Origin: Eledone cirrhosa
Lineage: Eukaryota
Assembly: GCA_964016885.1 (NCBI GenBank)
Contig: OZ024757.1
Coordinates: forward strand, 17,050,001-17,114,000
Direction: 5' to 3'
DNA length: 64,000 nt
The position numbers and the translations under genes were made by a program. Each line of letters begins with the position of its first letter. Position 1 is the first letter of the stretch. This document shows positions 28,634 to 43,680 of the stretch, one piece after another. Below the pieces are notes generated by a model. The model made no database searches. It had not been told where the DNA came from and worked only from the letters and a program-made list of their open reading frames with translations.

Positions 28634-31384
28634 TAATAATATAAAATAATATAAAAATAATATAAACAGTATATTACCAAATATACTATACATACATTCA
28701 TGTATACATCGCTATTTCAGAGCACCAATCCTAATATATATATATATATGAAAAATTCAGGACCCCGACCGCTGAGCTCCTGCCATTTCAATAGCTACAT
28801 CCGAGCTCTGAGTTCGGATCTAGCTGTTGAACGGCAGGAGCTCAGCCGTTGGGGTCATGAATTTTTCATATATATATATATATATATATCAGTTTAAACA
28901 ATATGTAACAGGATATATCAATTGAGAAACAGCCAGTATTTTGTACATAAATACATACTTCAGGATGCTATAACAGCCTTCATATATACATACATGCAAA
29001 TATATACCCACACCCAAATATATATAGTACAGGGAAAAATTTGTGCTCGATGGTGTGAGCTCAGCCGTCAGACACTAACTTTTCATTACACATACACTTT
29101 ACTAAGCTGAACAGGGTCTTACTAGTCTAAACTAGTAACTCCCAATCTATATATATATAGATGTGGGTGTATATATACTTTTTTTAAAGTTGGCTGATGT
29201 GTAGCACACAAAACAGATATGAGGAAATGATAAAGTTTACTGATAGTATTATATTTACTATTGTATTTTCACGGTAAAAGCTTTACCTCACATAATTATC
29301 TCATATAATATCGAATCTATGAGATTTTGATGTCATTTGTTTTGAGAATAATACCTTAACAGTATGAGTGGCCAGTTAAAGCCAGTTTGAACAGAAAGGG
29401 GTGAGAGAATTCTGACCGGATACAGCCAGTTCAAATGCTAAAGAGTTGAAGTGGGAACACTGGTACCACAATAAAATGATGAATGGTGGTGTTGGTGTCA
29501 CAATAAAATGCACCCAGAACGCTCTGTAGAGTGGTAGTGCTGATATCACAATAAAATGCATATAATACATTCTTTACAGTGGTAGTGATGGTGTCACAAT
29601 AAAATGCACCCAGTACACTCTGTAGAATGGTGGTGTTGGAGCAACCGTAACACACAGATAGTACGGTACACACTGTAAAGTGGCAGAGCTGGTAATTACT
29701 TGAAAATCATAGTCAGTGTCTTTCATTAAAAAAATGGTAACAATTGGGTTATAATAAAGAAAGAGAGGGAGGATGGAAGGAAGACAGACAGCCAGACAGA
29801 AAGCTATATACATTCTACACCAGCTTTGAATGGCTAAGCATTATTATTATTAATTCTTCTCAAGTCAGTCATCATGCCTGATTCTCCACACAACATGGCA
29901 GTGTGCCTTAGTGAGAGAGGGAATTGTATGCTTTCTCCTTTATCGACAAATATTTCATCACCACCACTGCCACACAACTCATATACATGTGAGTCTATAT
30001 ACATTTATACATACCATGTACCTCTTGGTGTAAAAACATGGGCATATATATATATATATATGACTGCTTCAATAAATTAACCGTTACATATACAATAAGG
30101 ATATCCGTAGTTAAAAATTTGCCTGGCTCCCAATGAGAGGCCAGCATTGAAACAGCTCCTCCAATATACAGTGGTAGCCACAACTGGACCCCTAGACCTA
30201 AGGTTACAAATACATGTTAAGTATATGAAATTTTAATTATATATATATATCTTAACCAAATATACACCCCAATCCACTACCCCTACCCTATCCTTCCACT
30301 CCCACCAACACCACCCTCTCTCTGTAAGGTTGGTACCACAACATCCAGTCCAAATAAATGAGATGAGATTGAGATCGTGTAGGTGTCACAACAACAAAAA
30401 AACACGCATTCCACACTGTAATGTGGCCGTGTAGGTAACATGGTAAAAAGTTCCCAGTTCCACACTGTAAATGTGGTTGGTGTTAGGAAGGGCATCCAAC
30501 AGCCGTAGAAAACTTGCCAGATAGTCCTATATGAGCGAGACACGGTCACCCAACCAACCTTGCCTCAAGTGGGACAACTCCCGTCTAACCCATGCTAGCG
30601 TGGAAGATGGACGTTAAACGACGATGATGATATATATATATATATATACCCGACTTCCCACGGGTACAAGCCGAAGCTGAAGCATATAGACAACATGCCC
30701 CCCCCCCCCCCCCCCCCACACTTCAAAATGGTCGTGGAGGTGCCACGCCAAAAAAGCACCCAGCCCAGATTGTAAATGAGGTTGGTGTTAGGAAGGGCAT
30801 CCAGCTGTAGAAATCAAGCCAGAATCAGTTCCCATATGAGCAAGACAAGGTCAGACGACTGAGCACTTTCCACAACAGGACAACCCATCAAACCCATGCT
30901 AGCGTGGAAGAATGGACGTAAAACGGTGATGATGATGATGATACACACACACACACACATATATATAAATATGTGGTTGGTGTTAGGAAGGGCATCCAGC
31001 TGTAAAATACCCAGTCAAATTTTCAGTCCTCATCGGAGCAAGCTGCGGCCAACTCTAGACAGACTTGCCTCCGGGTGGTGACGACCTGTCTAAACTATGC
31101 AAACATGAAAAAGTGGATGCTAAACAGTGATGATGATGATGATATATATAGAATAATCGAGAATCGGAATATCAGCCCACGAAATCACGATAAACAATAT
31201 CCGATATATGTGGCAGAGGGCTCAATAATTTGGAAAAATCAGAGCTATAACTATCGTTAAAATACCAACACATAGAGATCATGCCTAAAATCACCCGTGC
31301 AGCCGAAAAAGAACGACCAGGAAGATTCGGGTCACTCAAATAAAATATCAATAAATTAATAAATTAAATGAAATATATATATAT

Positions 31385-31683
31385 ATATTGGTAAACGGTA
31401 AAGAAAATGCTGACAAATTGTTCACAGTGAAAAATAGTTTAATTAGGAATAAGTGAGAATTAGTAATAGTACTGGTTAGTATTCAGTTTTGGTTTTAAGT
31501 TTTACCGGTTGCGCATTTCTAATGCTTTTCAAAAATAATTTTTAGATAGAGCGTCCGTGATGTTTGCTCTAATCTGTAACTGAATACTAACCAATACTAT
31601 TACTAATTCTCACTTATTCCTAATTAAACTATTTTTCACTGTGAACAATTTGTCAGCATTTTCTTTTCCGTTTACCAATATAT
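31385..31683. repeat. Inverted repeat with arms of about 105 bp next to (TA)n
   Basis: TATTGGTAAACGG...GTATTCAGTT versus AACTGAATAC...CCGTTTACCAATA. Confidence 0.85.
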
Positions 31684-32019
31684 CATAACTTGTGTGTTAC
31701 ACCTCTATTCTTTTAAATATATATATATATATATACACTTTTACCTGTTCCAGCCATCCGGCTGAGGCCATGCTAGGGCACCGCCCTTGTTGCTACACAT
31801 TCTATCTCCAGCCTGCGTTGGCTGGCCATTGGTGTAAGAGGGAGTTTGTTGCTGCTGCCCTTAGGTTATATATATATATATATTAGTAAAGGAAGACCTA
31901 GAAAAGATGGTTAGAGACAATCTCAAAAGACTGAACCCTACAGAGGAGAAGATGAAGGAATGTTACAAGTGGAAGGAGGTGGGGTTGGAAAAGAACCATG
32001 CATGGCAATATGTATCATC

Positions 32020-33137
32020 ATAATAATAATTTCTACTTTAGGCTCAAGGCCAGAAATTTTGTGGAGGGGGGGGGGGAATCGATTAAATTGACCTCAGTGC
32101 ATTACTGGTGCTTTATTTTATCGACCCCGTAAAGATGAAAGGCAAAGCTAACTTCAGCATGATTTGAACTCAGAACGTAAAGGGCCATAATTCAATGCTG
32201 CAAAGCATGGTGTCTGACACTGCCAATCTACCGCCCTCCATCATCATCATAATAATAATAATAATAATTGTTTCTACTTTTGGCACAAGGCCAACAATCA
32301 TCCCAGTGTATTACTGGTACTTTATTTTATCAACCCCCGTAAGGATGAAAGGCAAAGTCAACCTCGGCGGGATTTGAACTCAGATCGTTAAGGGACGTAA
32401 CTATGCTGGAAAGCATGGCGTCCGACCCTCTACCGATTCTACTGCCAAATCCAATAATAATAATAATGGTTTCATTTATTGGCCACAAGGGCTGACATAA
32501 AGGGAACAATACAATAGACAAGGACAGTGGGGGTTTTACACAAAAATCAAGTAAAAAATAGGAAAACAATAACAATAAACAAGAAAAATACAACAATGAA
32601 AATTCCCCAATAGGAGGGATAACCATCCAGCCAGGGTTGAGTCAGGTATCCCACCAATCCTGAACCAGCCGACACTTCAAGGGCACCCCGGGAAGGGTAC
32701 CCCTCTCCTCCTCAAATTCACCAGCCTACAGGTGCATGATCAGAGTGGGTCCACTCACACTGACCATTCTTGCCATATTCACCCACCTTTCAGCAAATGT
32801 ACTGGGGGGGGGGGGGGCATTTCTCTCTGCCCCCTCACCTTCCTTTCCAAGTGAAATTTGAAAAAGTTGATGAGGGATTGGCCGAAGAGAAAAGTGTGTC
32901 TTCAGTCCTTTCAACCCATCACCATAATGCTAAGCTCTGTATCTTACAAGTGTTTCTACTTTTTAGCACAAGGCCAGCAATTCACCAGTACATTACTGGT
33001 ACTTTATTTTATCGACCCTGTAAGGATGAAAGGCAACGTTAACCTCGGCAGGATTTGAACTCGGAACGTAAAAGGGCCATAACTAAGCTAGAAAGTATGG
33101 CGTCCGACCCTCTACCGATACTGCCAATCCACCGCCC
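32020..33137 (-). mobile_element. Cluster of three SINE copies (32020-32236, 32265-32452, 32950-33137) around a LINE 3' fragment
   Basis: SINE core motifs. LINE relic reads TFAERWVNMARMVSVSGPTLIMHL*. Confidence 0.75.
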
Positions 33138-34530
33138 TATCTGAATCTTACAATAATAATTGTTTTTCCTCAACTTCTCCATGTTGGCAAAGATTGGATG
33201 GGACATTTTGAGGCATTGTTTTATATCTGAATACCCTTCCTGACAAAAACCCTTTTAGTCGCCTCTTATGACACACATGGATGAGGTGTACCATTTGCAA
33301 ACCAGATACACAAGGTTATATTTAAATATATAGAGTAAAGATTACACACTCACTGTTTGGTTTTCGCTTCCGTATATTTTATATCCCTATAGTTAATTTA
33401 ACTGGCAATCAATGTTTATCATTGATTGACGAACAGTTGAAAATAATTATACTATAATATATATATATACTAGCTGGCCCTGTGCCGTCAAAAATGACGG
33501 CTAATTGTAAAATCTATACATAATATAAAAAAACAGATGTTTGTCGGTTCCTTTGTGCTCACTCACACAAGTGATACAAACATACACACACAGCTGTGAC
33601 AAATCTTAGAACGCTATAGTTTCTCACCCCCACTTTCCTCGGCCATTATATAGATGTGTGTATTAGACACCCCTTCTTTCCTCAGTCGGTGTAATGGTGC
33701 ATTTTATCGTGACACCAACACTTTAACCCTTTAATGTTCAAACCGGCCAAAACCGACCAGAATTCTCTACCTTTTTCTGTTGAAACTGGCCATAACTGGT
33801 CACTCAAACTGATGTTACGGTATTGTTCTCAAAATAAATACTTTCAAAATCTCATAGATTTGATATTATGTGAGATAAAGCATTTACCATGAAAATACAA
33901 TAGTATATATAGAGTAATGTGAATGCTAAAGGGTTAAAAACACCCTTCCTTCCTCAGTCATCTCTAGTGTGTGACGGACAAATACACAAGACTATTATAT
34001 TAGTAGATAGGTGTGTGTATGTGTGTGTGTGTAATAAAAGGCCAATAAGTTTCAAAAAGCTGGCACAATGTGGTAGAAATATATATAGGGTAAATGATGA
34101 CAAAAAACAAAACAAAGTAATGTTTTACCCAGTATATTTCAATATATTTCAGGGCTATAACCCTCTTTTCAAATGTGAAGCAAAAACGGTTCAAAAGAAA
34201 AACAAACAATTGATGTGTTCCTTAAAGTGTGACATGGTAACATGATGTAACCATCTCACAACAGAAATACATATAGTGGCTATTATGTAATTCAAGATAT
34301 CATAAAATCTTGCCTTCATGTTGTCTTATTGTGAGAAAAACCACAGACCCTCCATCTCAACTCTACTTTTGAAAAGCAGAAGAACTGCGAAACCAGTAAA
34401 GGAACCAAATAAATATATATATTTTTTTTAAAATAAGACTCCAGTTGCATTTTCGATTACATCTTTTTTCCTTATACTTTCACTCGTGTAGGACACCTCG
34501 GTTATTTTTCATTTTGTAGAAAAACCTCAC

Positions 34531-34571
<41 letters not shown>

Positions 34572-35738
34572 AAAAATAAACAGAAATAACAAAGCAAATG
34601 GCACAGTACAATGAAAAAATATATTAGTTTAACGCTTGAAATAATAGGAAAAAAGTCAGTTTTGGACACACGTGTGTATACAGAAGCTTTGTTAAGTTAT
34701 ATACAAAATACCAGTTATGATTTAGTAGCAAATGTTTAAAAACAAATTTGTTAATTCAAATGTTCTAGTGAATAGATCATTGTAAAAAGCTGCAGTATTA
34801 GATTAAAGACTTCAATATTTTTATATGATGCCATTATAGCAATGTTTTGTGCTTCTCAAGAATGTCTTGCTAATATCGGTTTCATGTGATATAGAACGTT
34901 ACAGGTTAATAATGAGAAAGTCAATTAAATTACTAAATCCCTTCAAATTCTTGATTATTTTCAAAATTTTATGCAATGTTTTTCATTAGAAATATGGCAA
35001 TGAAAGTGTTAATAATTGTGGGATGAAGGGTATAGTTTGTGGTTGTGAAGCGGAAGGCCACTGCATGTGATAGTCTTTGCTATGTTGAGGGTGTACAATT
35101 GCTCGAAAAGATCCTCAGTGAAGGTGAGACCAAGCATATCAATCCTTCCATTACCACATTTCTAACTAAAGACACAGCCAATGATTTTAAAATCATTATG
35201 AAAATAATCCAGAATTTTGAAAGATTTAGTAATATAACTTTCTCATTATTAACATGGCGTTTCAAATATATCTTAACTCTTCCATTAGCACATTGCTAAT
35301 GAAAGACAATGTCTAATATTTTAAAATCATTTAGAAAATAATCCAGAATTGGGAAAGATTTAACCCTTTAGCATTTAAACCAGCCAGAATTCTCTCACCT
35401 CTTTCTGTTCAAACCAGCCATAACCAACCACTCATACTGATGTTAAGGTATTGTTCTCAAAATAAATAATATCAAAATCTCATAGACTCGATATTATGTG
35501 AGGTAAAGAGAGTAATGTGAATGCAAAAGAGTTAAGATAACTTCCTCATTACTAAGCTGGTGTTTGGAAAATATGTTAACCCTTTCGTTACTATATTTCT
35601 AATGGAAGACACCACCAATGATTTCCAAATCATTTTGAAAATAATCAAGAATTTAGAGGGATTTAGTAATATAACTTTGTCATTATTAGGTGTTTGGTGT
35701 TTGGAACATAAAATGATGGAAGATTATTAGATAAATAT

Positions 35739-35984
35739 TGTGGAACCTCAATTCACAAACAATTTTTCCGAACATAAAACACCTCGGTTGAAGAATGATG
35801 TCTCGAGTAATGAACACACAAGCTGAAATAAACAGTTGGCGACAAGGTGGGAGAATTGGCAGGTAAGCATCACTTGCTGTGTAGTTACAATCTATTTCAT
35901 GCTTAGTCTCTCTCTTTCAACATTTTGTATGGTTTACGAACATTTCAGGAAGAAATTAAGTTTGTGAATCAAGATTCCACTGTA
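35739..35984. mobile_element. pogo/Tigger-like MITE
   Basis: GTGGAACCTCAATTCACAAAC ... GTTTGTGAATCAAGATTCCACTG-TA. Confidence 0.7.
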
Positions 35985-36420
35985 TAGACACCTTAAAAGT
36001 CATGTATCTTAGAATCAAGGGCAGTTTCAAGCAGTTTGATATCAAAGGGGTTAAATATGAAGCTTACCACCATAAATGTACACATTTGGTGTGTATATAT
36101 GGTGTGTTTAGATTGGGAATCCAACTATCTCTCTCTCTCTATATATATATATATACATACATACAATATAGAACAAATAGCACTACTTAGGTACTGTACA
36201 CACTTGGCAGAGTACCCCAGAACTTACATATATACAGAATATAGCACTACTAGGTACCGCATACATTATATTGAGTACACCAGGATTTATATATATAGAG
36301 AGAGAGATAAATATAATCCCGACAGTGACGCCAAGTGGTTTCAGCATATATATAAATAGATACAATATACAGAATATAGCACTACTAAGTACTGCACACA
36401 TTATATATAGAGTTCACCAG

Positions 36421-36457
<37 letters not shown>

Positions 36458-36907
36458 AGGATAAGAGAGTATTGAAGTTTGCTTGAAGCATTGTGGAACA
36501 ATAAGTAAATATCTTTAAGTCGTTTGGAAGCCTCGACAATGCAAATGGGTAAATCTCCGGGTAACAAGGTCCGGTGGTGGAGAGAGAGATGTAAGTGGGT
36601 GTACGTTGAGATGCGTGGTGTGTATAAGATGTGTGAGATGTGTAGAATAAAGGGAAGAGTATAAAGGATAAAATAAAAATAACAACACAAGAGAGAGTTA
36701 CCTTGGGAGAGATTTAATAGTCCCTATATATTTCGGATTCACATCCATCAACTGGGGTTTTTTTCCGGGGTGGGGGAAAAGGTTGTATGTCGGACAAGTC
36801 CGGAACGCGTCCTTCGCTGTTTGTTGTTTTGAATATCAAACAGCGACCAAATGTAGCACCTGAAATTGCTCTAAATATGTTACTAGTGTACTATTGTTGA
36901 CCAAATC

Positions 36908-37947
36908 TACCGTATATATTCGAATATAAGCCAACCCAACTATTTCATATCTGAGAAATGGGCAAAAATTCAAACTTTATTTACATAGAATTTGAAGTTG
37001 GTGAAAATTGTCAAAACATTGACCCCAAATATAAACTGACCAACCTCTTCTACCATTGAGTTTTTTGGCCACATATTCCTTGGCTTATATTTAAATATAT
37101 ATGGTTATATATATATAAAGATTTACATCTACATAAACATAAAGTCATAGATATATATGTGTTTTGCAACCGGTCACGTTGTGGCTCAATGAAGAATTAA
37201 TAAATTAAATAATCAGAGCAATATATCATAAATCATATCTTTAGAATTATTAGATAAAATATATACCATTTCCTCTACCAATTAACATAATTAACCATAT
37301 AAAAAATCAATTAGACCAAGCTATAAAAATAAAGGCTCCTATGAAGAAATTTCCGACAAATAACCGAAAGCGGCCTCTTCGTGGTGGCCCCGATAGAGTA
37401 TTTATCCAACATTTCAACAGCATGTAGAAATTGACTAAATAACCGTCAACTATACACAATTAGGTGTAAATTCAAACTTAGAAGAAATGCGTACATACCG
37501 TAATTGGTAGAGAAAATGGTATATATTTTATCTAATAATTCTAAAGACATGATTTATGGTTATATATATATATATATATATGAAAAAATTCAGGACCCTG
37601 ACGACTGAGCTCCGGCCATTTCAACAGTTAGATCTGGATCTAGCTGTTGAAATGGCAGGAGCTCAGCCGTTGGGGTCCTGAATTTTTTCATATTACCCTC
37701 TCTACTATGCCAAGTATCAAGGACTCTGGTGAGTAATGGTCTAACTGGTTTTTACTGCCTCCAAATATACCAGATTTGCTCGAATATAAGCCAACCCCAC
37801 TATTTTATGTCTGAAAAATTATTTATGTAGAATTTGAAGTTGGTGAAAATCATTAAAATACTGACCCTGAATATAAGTCGACCCCCACCTCCTTCTATCG
37901 ATTTCTCAGTCACATATTCCTCGGCTTATATTCGAGTATATACGGTA
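36908..37947. mobile_element. Two copies of a TA-flanked Tc1/mariner-superfamily MITE (36908-37105 and 37768-37947), separated by a fold-back element and a family A copy (37580-37762)
   Basis: TIR TACCGTATATA.TCGAATATAAGCC / GGCTTATATTCGAGTATATACGGTA. Confidence 0.7.
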
Positions 37948-38371
37948 GTTTTTGTCATTGTTCTAAGTATGTTGGTACACCCCTGATGACCAAATATGGT
38001 ACCTGTGATTGCTCTAAACATGTTGATGACTAAATATGGTGCAAGTGACTACTCTAAGTATGTTTATGTGTAATTTACTTTCTTTAATGCGGGTTTTTAG
38101 CCTGGGTTTTTAAGTGATATATGGTGGGTAAGAGTTTTAGGGGATACTAGACCACCCGTGACCCGCTGGGTCATATTTACTTCAAAATATTTTTTTAAAA
38201 TCATGTTCACTTAAAAATAATTTTTAAATAATTAAAATATACATAGACATGTATATAATGTGAAATGAAACTGGAAGGCCCATATATATATGGACCTATT
38301 ATTTTTATCTAAAAACATTTTTTCTAATTCCATCCCACCCGTCCCCTTAATCTATTTTATTTCTCATTCTT

Positions 38372-38407
38372 TCTTCTGATGAAGGACTAACGTCCGAAAC
38401 GTTAAGA
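38372..38407 (+). ncRNA. Minimal type I hammerhead ribozyme in a PLE pLTR fragment
   Basis: TCTT-CTGATGA-a-GGAC(taac)GTCC-GAAA-C-GTT-AAGA. Stem I is TCTT/AAGA and stem III is the palindrome ACGT. The downstream tail resembles 9540-9616. Confidence 0.75.
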
Positions 38408-38507
38408 CCCTCTTTCTGCTATATCAAGCGTTAACCTAATATATACCTTCCATATACTGTACCGATTGTGTTGTTATTTCTGTTTACCTTTTACATACAT
38501 ACATATA

Positions 38508-38608
<101 letters not shown>

Positions 38609-38732
38609 ATACATATATATATCTGTATGTGTGTTTGTGTATATATATGTATATATGTGGGTGTCTGTGATCTATATATACTGGTCAAACACACACACAC
38701 ATACTCACATATATATATATATATACACTCAC

Positions 38733-38774
<42 letters not shown>

Positions 38775-39120
38775 CCTTGCAAGCAGGGAAAAAGCGGACG
38801 TAAAATGAAATGATGATGATGATGATGACACACAACACCACCAGCTCTCTCTCACACTCTTCCATTCTCCTTCTCTGTCTCCTCTCCCTCTCTCTATGTC
38901 TCTCTTTCAATCTATACTCTCACAACCACTATCTCTCTCTATCTTTCTCTCTCTCTCTTTATGAAGGTACCCGGAAAAACCCCATATCTCGGGAACCTGT
39001 GGTCCGGTTTACATGAAACTTGTATCCCCATCCAAAGTATCTTCCCATTATGCACCCTTTTGGCTGTATTACATTACAGATAAGCAATCACAGACTTTTA
39101 GTATTATATAGATAGATACA

Positions 39121-39931
39121 GAGGGTCAGAGTTTTAGGTGATATATGGAGGGTCAGAGTTTTAGGTGATATATGGAGGGTCAGAGTTTTAGGTGATATAT
39201 GGAGGGTCAGAGTTTTAGGTGATATATGGAGAGTCAGAGTTTTAGGTGATATATGGTGGGTCAGAGTTTTAGGTGATATATGGAGAGTCAGAGTTTTAGG
39301 TGATATATGGAGAGTCAGAGTTTTAGGTGATATATGGAGAGTCAGAGTTTTAGGTGATATATGGAGGGTCAGAGTTTTAGGTGATATATGGAGGGTCAGA
39401 GTTTTAGGTGATATATGGAGAGTCAGAGTTTTAGGTGATATATGGAGGGTCAGAGTTTTAGCTGATATATGGAGGGTCAGAGTTTTAGGTGATATATGGA
39501 GGGTCAGAGTTTTAGGTGATATATGGAGGGTCAGAGTTTTAGGTGATATATGGTGGGTCAGAGTTTTAGGTGATATATGGAGGGTCAGAGTTTTAGGTGA
39601 TATATGGAGGGTCAGAGTTTTAGGTGATATATGGAGGGTCAGAGTTTTAGGTGATATATAGAGGGTCAGAGTTTTAGGTGATATATGGAGGGTCAGAGTT
39701 TTAGGTGATATATGGAGGGTTAGAGTTTTAGGTGATATATGGAGGGTCAGAGTTTTAGGTGATATATGGAGGGTCAGAGTTTTAGGTGATATATGGAGGG
39801 TCAGAGTTTTAGGTGATATATGGAGGGTCAGAGTTTTAGGTGATATATGGAGGGTCAGAGTTTTAGGTGATATATGGAGGGTCAGAGTTTTAGGTGATAT
39901 ATGGAGGGTCAGAGTTTTAGGTGATATATGG
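39121..39931. repeat. 27-bp minisatellite, about 30 near-identical units
   Basis: Unit GAGGGTCAGAGTTTTAGGTGATATATG. Confidence 0.97.
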
Positions 39932-39939
39932 TGTGACAG

Positions 39940-40092
39940 TGGATACCAAGGCAGTAGAGAAGTATCAGAGGGCAGCCAAAGGTCAGGTGGCGCGATGATC
40001 TGACCCGATAACTCAACCCTACATGGCCCTAAATGGCCAGAGATAGGAAGCGGTGGAGATCAGCCAGGGAAGGGTTCCTCCAACAGGAGTGA
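39940..40092 (+). pseudogene. C-terminal relic of an RTE-clade LINE ORF
   Basis: WIPRQ*RSIRGQPKVRWRDDL...W..MARDRKRWRSAREGFLQQE*, with internal stops. Confidence 0.7.
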
Positions 40093-40399
40093 GAAGGTCC
40101 TGGATTTTGGCTGGAAGGTCAGAGCAGTTTTGTCTCATTATTAAACTGGTGTTAGGAACATAACTTAACCTTTTGGTTACCATATTTCTCATGAAAGACA
40201 CTCTTTTACCTGTTCCAGCTATCCAGCTGAAGCCATGCTGGGGCACCGCCTATGCTTTTCAATTAATTTTGAAAATAATTAAGAATTTGAAGAATTTGAA
40301 GTAATGCAACTAACATTTTCATTATTTTGCTAGTGTTTGGAACATAACTTAACAAAAGTTTTTACATAAAATTATGATGGAAGGTTTTTAGATAAATTT

Positions 40400-43300
40400 T
40401 ACACACCAATACAACACAACACTCCACACGCCAATACAACACTCCACACACCGACACAACGCACCACACACCGACACAACACACCGACACAACGCACCAC
40501 ACACTGACACAACGCACCACACACCGACACAACGCACCACACACCGACACAACGCACCACACACTGACACAATGCACCACACACCGACACAACGCCACAA
40601 CGCACCACACACCAACACAACGCACCACACACCGACAACGCACCACACAACGCACCACACACCGACACAACGCACCACAGACTGACATAACACACCACAC
40701 ACACCAACAGAACACTCAACAAATAAACAAATAAAATAAAAAAAGAAAATAAATAAAAATTATAGAAAACCAAAAAAACTGGCAAACCCAACATAAACTA
40801 CAGAATTAATGGTAAAACACTATATAGGATGGTGGTGTACTGTAGTGGTGTAGTGGTGGTGTGGTAGTGATGGTGTGGTAGTGATGGTGTGGTGGTGATG
40901 GTGTAGTGTTGTAGTGGTGGTGTGGTAGTGATGGTGTGGTAGTGATGGTGTAGTGGTGATGGTGTAGTGGTGGTGTGGCAGTGGTGATGGTGTAGTGATG
41001 GTGTAGTGGTGGTGTGGCAGTGGTGATGGTGTAGTGATGGTGTAGTGGTGGTGTGGCAGTGGTGATGGTGTAGTGGTGGTGTGGTAGTGGTGATGGTGTA
41101 GTGGTGGTGTGGTAGTGGTGGTGTGGTAGTGGTGATGGTGTAGTGGTGGTGTTGTAGTGGTGGTGTTGTAGTGGTGGTGATGGTGTAGTGGTGGTGATGG
41201 TGTAGTGGTGATGGTGTAGTGGTGGTGTGGTAGTGATGGTGTAGTGATGGTGTAGTGGTGGTGTTGTAGTGGTGGTGTTGTAGTGGTGGTGATGGTGTAG
41301 TGGTGGTGATGGTGTAGTGGTGATGGTGTAGTGGTGGTGTGGTAGTGTTGGTGATGGTGTAGTGGTGGTGTGGTAGTTGTGATGGTGTAGTGGTGGTGTG
41401 GCAGTGGTGATGGTGTAGCGGTGGTGTGGTAGTGGTGATGGTGTTGATTGTATATTGGAGATAGTGGTAGTGATATATTGGTGATGGTGTAGTGGTGATG
41501 GTGGCAGTGATATATTGGTGGTTGTGGTGCATTGGTGGTTGTGGTGCAGTGGTGGTGACTGCATATCGGTGATGATGGTGGTGATGGTGTACTAAGCATT
41601 GGTAGAGGTTGCACATTGGTCATGATGAACTGATGTTGGTGGTGGTGGTGTACTGGTGTTGGTGATGGTGTACTGGTGTTGTTGGTGGTGGTGGTGTGTT
41701 GGTGATGGTGTACTGGTGTTGTTGGTGGTGGTGTACTGGTTGGTGGTGGTGGTGTACTGGTGTTGTTGGTGGTGGTGTACTGGTGTTGGTGATGGTGTAC
41801 TGGTGTTGTTGGTGGTGGTGTACTGGTTGGTGGTGATGGTGTACTGGTGTTGTTGGTGGTGGTGTACTAGTGTTGTTGGTGGTGGTGTACTGGTTGGTGG
41901 TGATGGTGTACTGGTGTTGGTGGTGGTGGTGTACTGGTGTTGGTGATGGTGTACTGGTGTTGTTGGTGGTGGTGTACTGGTTGGTGGTGATGGTGTACTG
42001 GTGTTGTTGGTGGTGGTGTACTGGTGTTGTTGGTGGTGGTGTACTGGTTGGTGGTGATGGTGTACTGGTGTTGGTGGTGGTGGTGTACTGGTGGTGGTGA
42101 TGGTGTACTGGTGTTGTTGGTGGTGGTGTACTGGTGTTGGTGGTGGTGGTGTACTGGTGTTGGTGATGGTGTACTGGTGTTGGTGATGGTGTACTGGTGT
42201 TGTTGGTGGTGGTGTACTGGTATTGGTGATGGTGTTCTGGTTGGTGGTGATGGTGTATTGATGTTGGTGATGGTGTACTGGTTGGTGGTGGTGGTGTACT
42301 GGTTGGTGGTGGTGATGGTGTACTGGTTGGTGGTGGTGGTGTACTGGTGTTGGTGATGGTGTACTGGTTGGTGGTGATGGTGTACTGGTTGGTGGTGGTG
42401 GTGTACTGGTGTTGGTGATGGTGTACTGGTTGGTGGTGATGGTGTACTGGTTGGTGGTGGTGATGGTGTACTGGTTGGTGGTGGTGATGGTGTACTGGTT
42501 GGTGGTGGTGGTGATGGTGTACTGGTTGTTGTTGGTGGTGATGGTGTACTGGTTGTTGGTGGTGGTGATGGTGTACTGGTTGTTGGTGGTGGTGATGGTA
42601 CTGGTTGTTGGTGGTGGTGATGGTGTACTGGTTGTTGGTGGTGGTGATGGTACTGGTTGTTGGTGGTGGTGATGGTGTACTGGTTGGTGGTGGTGGTGTA
42701 CTGGTGTTGGTGATGGTGTACTGGTTGGTGGTGGTGATGGTGTACTGGTTGTTGTTGGTGGTGATGTACTGGTTGGTGGTGATGTACTGGTTGGTGGTGG
42801 TGGTGATGGTGTACTGGTTGGTGGTGGTGGTGGTGGTGTACTGGTTGTTGGTGGTGATGGTGTACTGGTTGGTGGTGGTGGTGATGTACTGGTTGTTGGT
42901 GGTGATGGTGTACTGGTTAGTGGTGGTGATGGTGTACTGGTTGTTGGTGGTGATGGTGTACTGGTTGGTGGTGGTGGTAATGGTGTACTGGTTGGTGGTG
43001 ATGGTGTACTGGTTGGTGGTGATGGTGTACTGGTTGTTGGTGGTGATGGTGTACTGGTTGTTGGTGGTGATGGTGTACTGGTTGGTGGTGGTGATGGTGT
43101 ACTGGTTGGTGGTGGTGATGGTGTACTGGTTGGTGGTGGTGGTGGTGTACTGGTTGTTGGTGGTGATGGTGTACTGGTTGTTGGTGGTGGTGGTGTACTG
43201 GTTGGTGGTGGTGATGGTGTACTGGTTGGTGGTGGTGATGGTGTACTGGTTGGTGGTGGTGATGGTGTACTGGTTGGTGGTGGTGGTGATGGTGTACTGG

Positions 43301-43680
43301 TTGTTGGTGGTGATGGTGTACTGGTTGTTGGTGGTGATGGTGTACTGGTTGGTGGTGGTGATGGTGTACTGGTTGGTGGTGGTGATGGTGTACTGGTTGG
43401 TGGTGGTGATGGTGTACTGGTTGGTGGTGGTGGTGGTGGTGTACTGGTTGTTGGTGGTGATGGTGTACTGGTTGTTGGTGGTGGTGGTGTACTGGTTGGT
43501 GGTGGTGATGATGTACCGGTTGGTGGTGGTGATGGTGTACTGGTTGGTGGTGGTGATGGTGTACTGGTTGGTGGTGGTGGTGATGGTGTACTGGTTGGTG
43601 GTGGTGGTGATGGTGTACTGGTTGTTGGTGGTGGTGGTAGTGTACTGGTGTTGGTGGTGGTGTACTGGTTGGTGTACTGT
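40400..43680. repeat. Complex satellite block: 20-mer ACACCGACACAACGCACCAC (40400-40710) followed by (GTG/GTA/GAT)- and GGTGTACTGGT-based arrays
   Basis: Read directly. It explains the VMVYWL and poly-His/Thr ORFs. Confidence 0.95.

Noticed and set aside
39121-39931. CRISPR-like regular repeat (also the 81-bp and 85-bp arrays)
   Set aside because: Units are contiguous with no unique spacers, there are no cas genes, and the context is eukaryotic.
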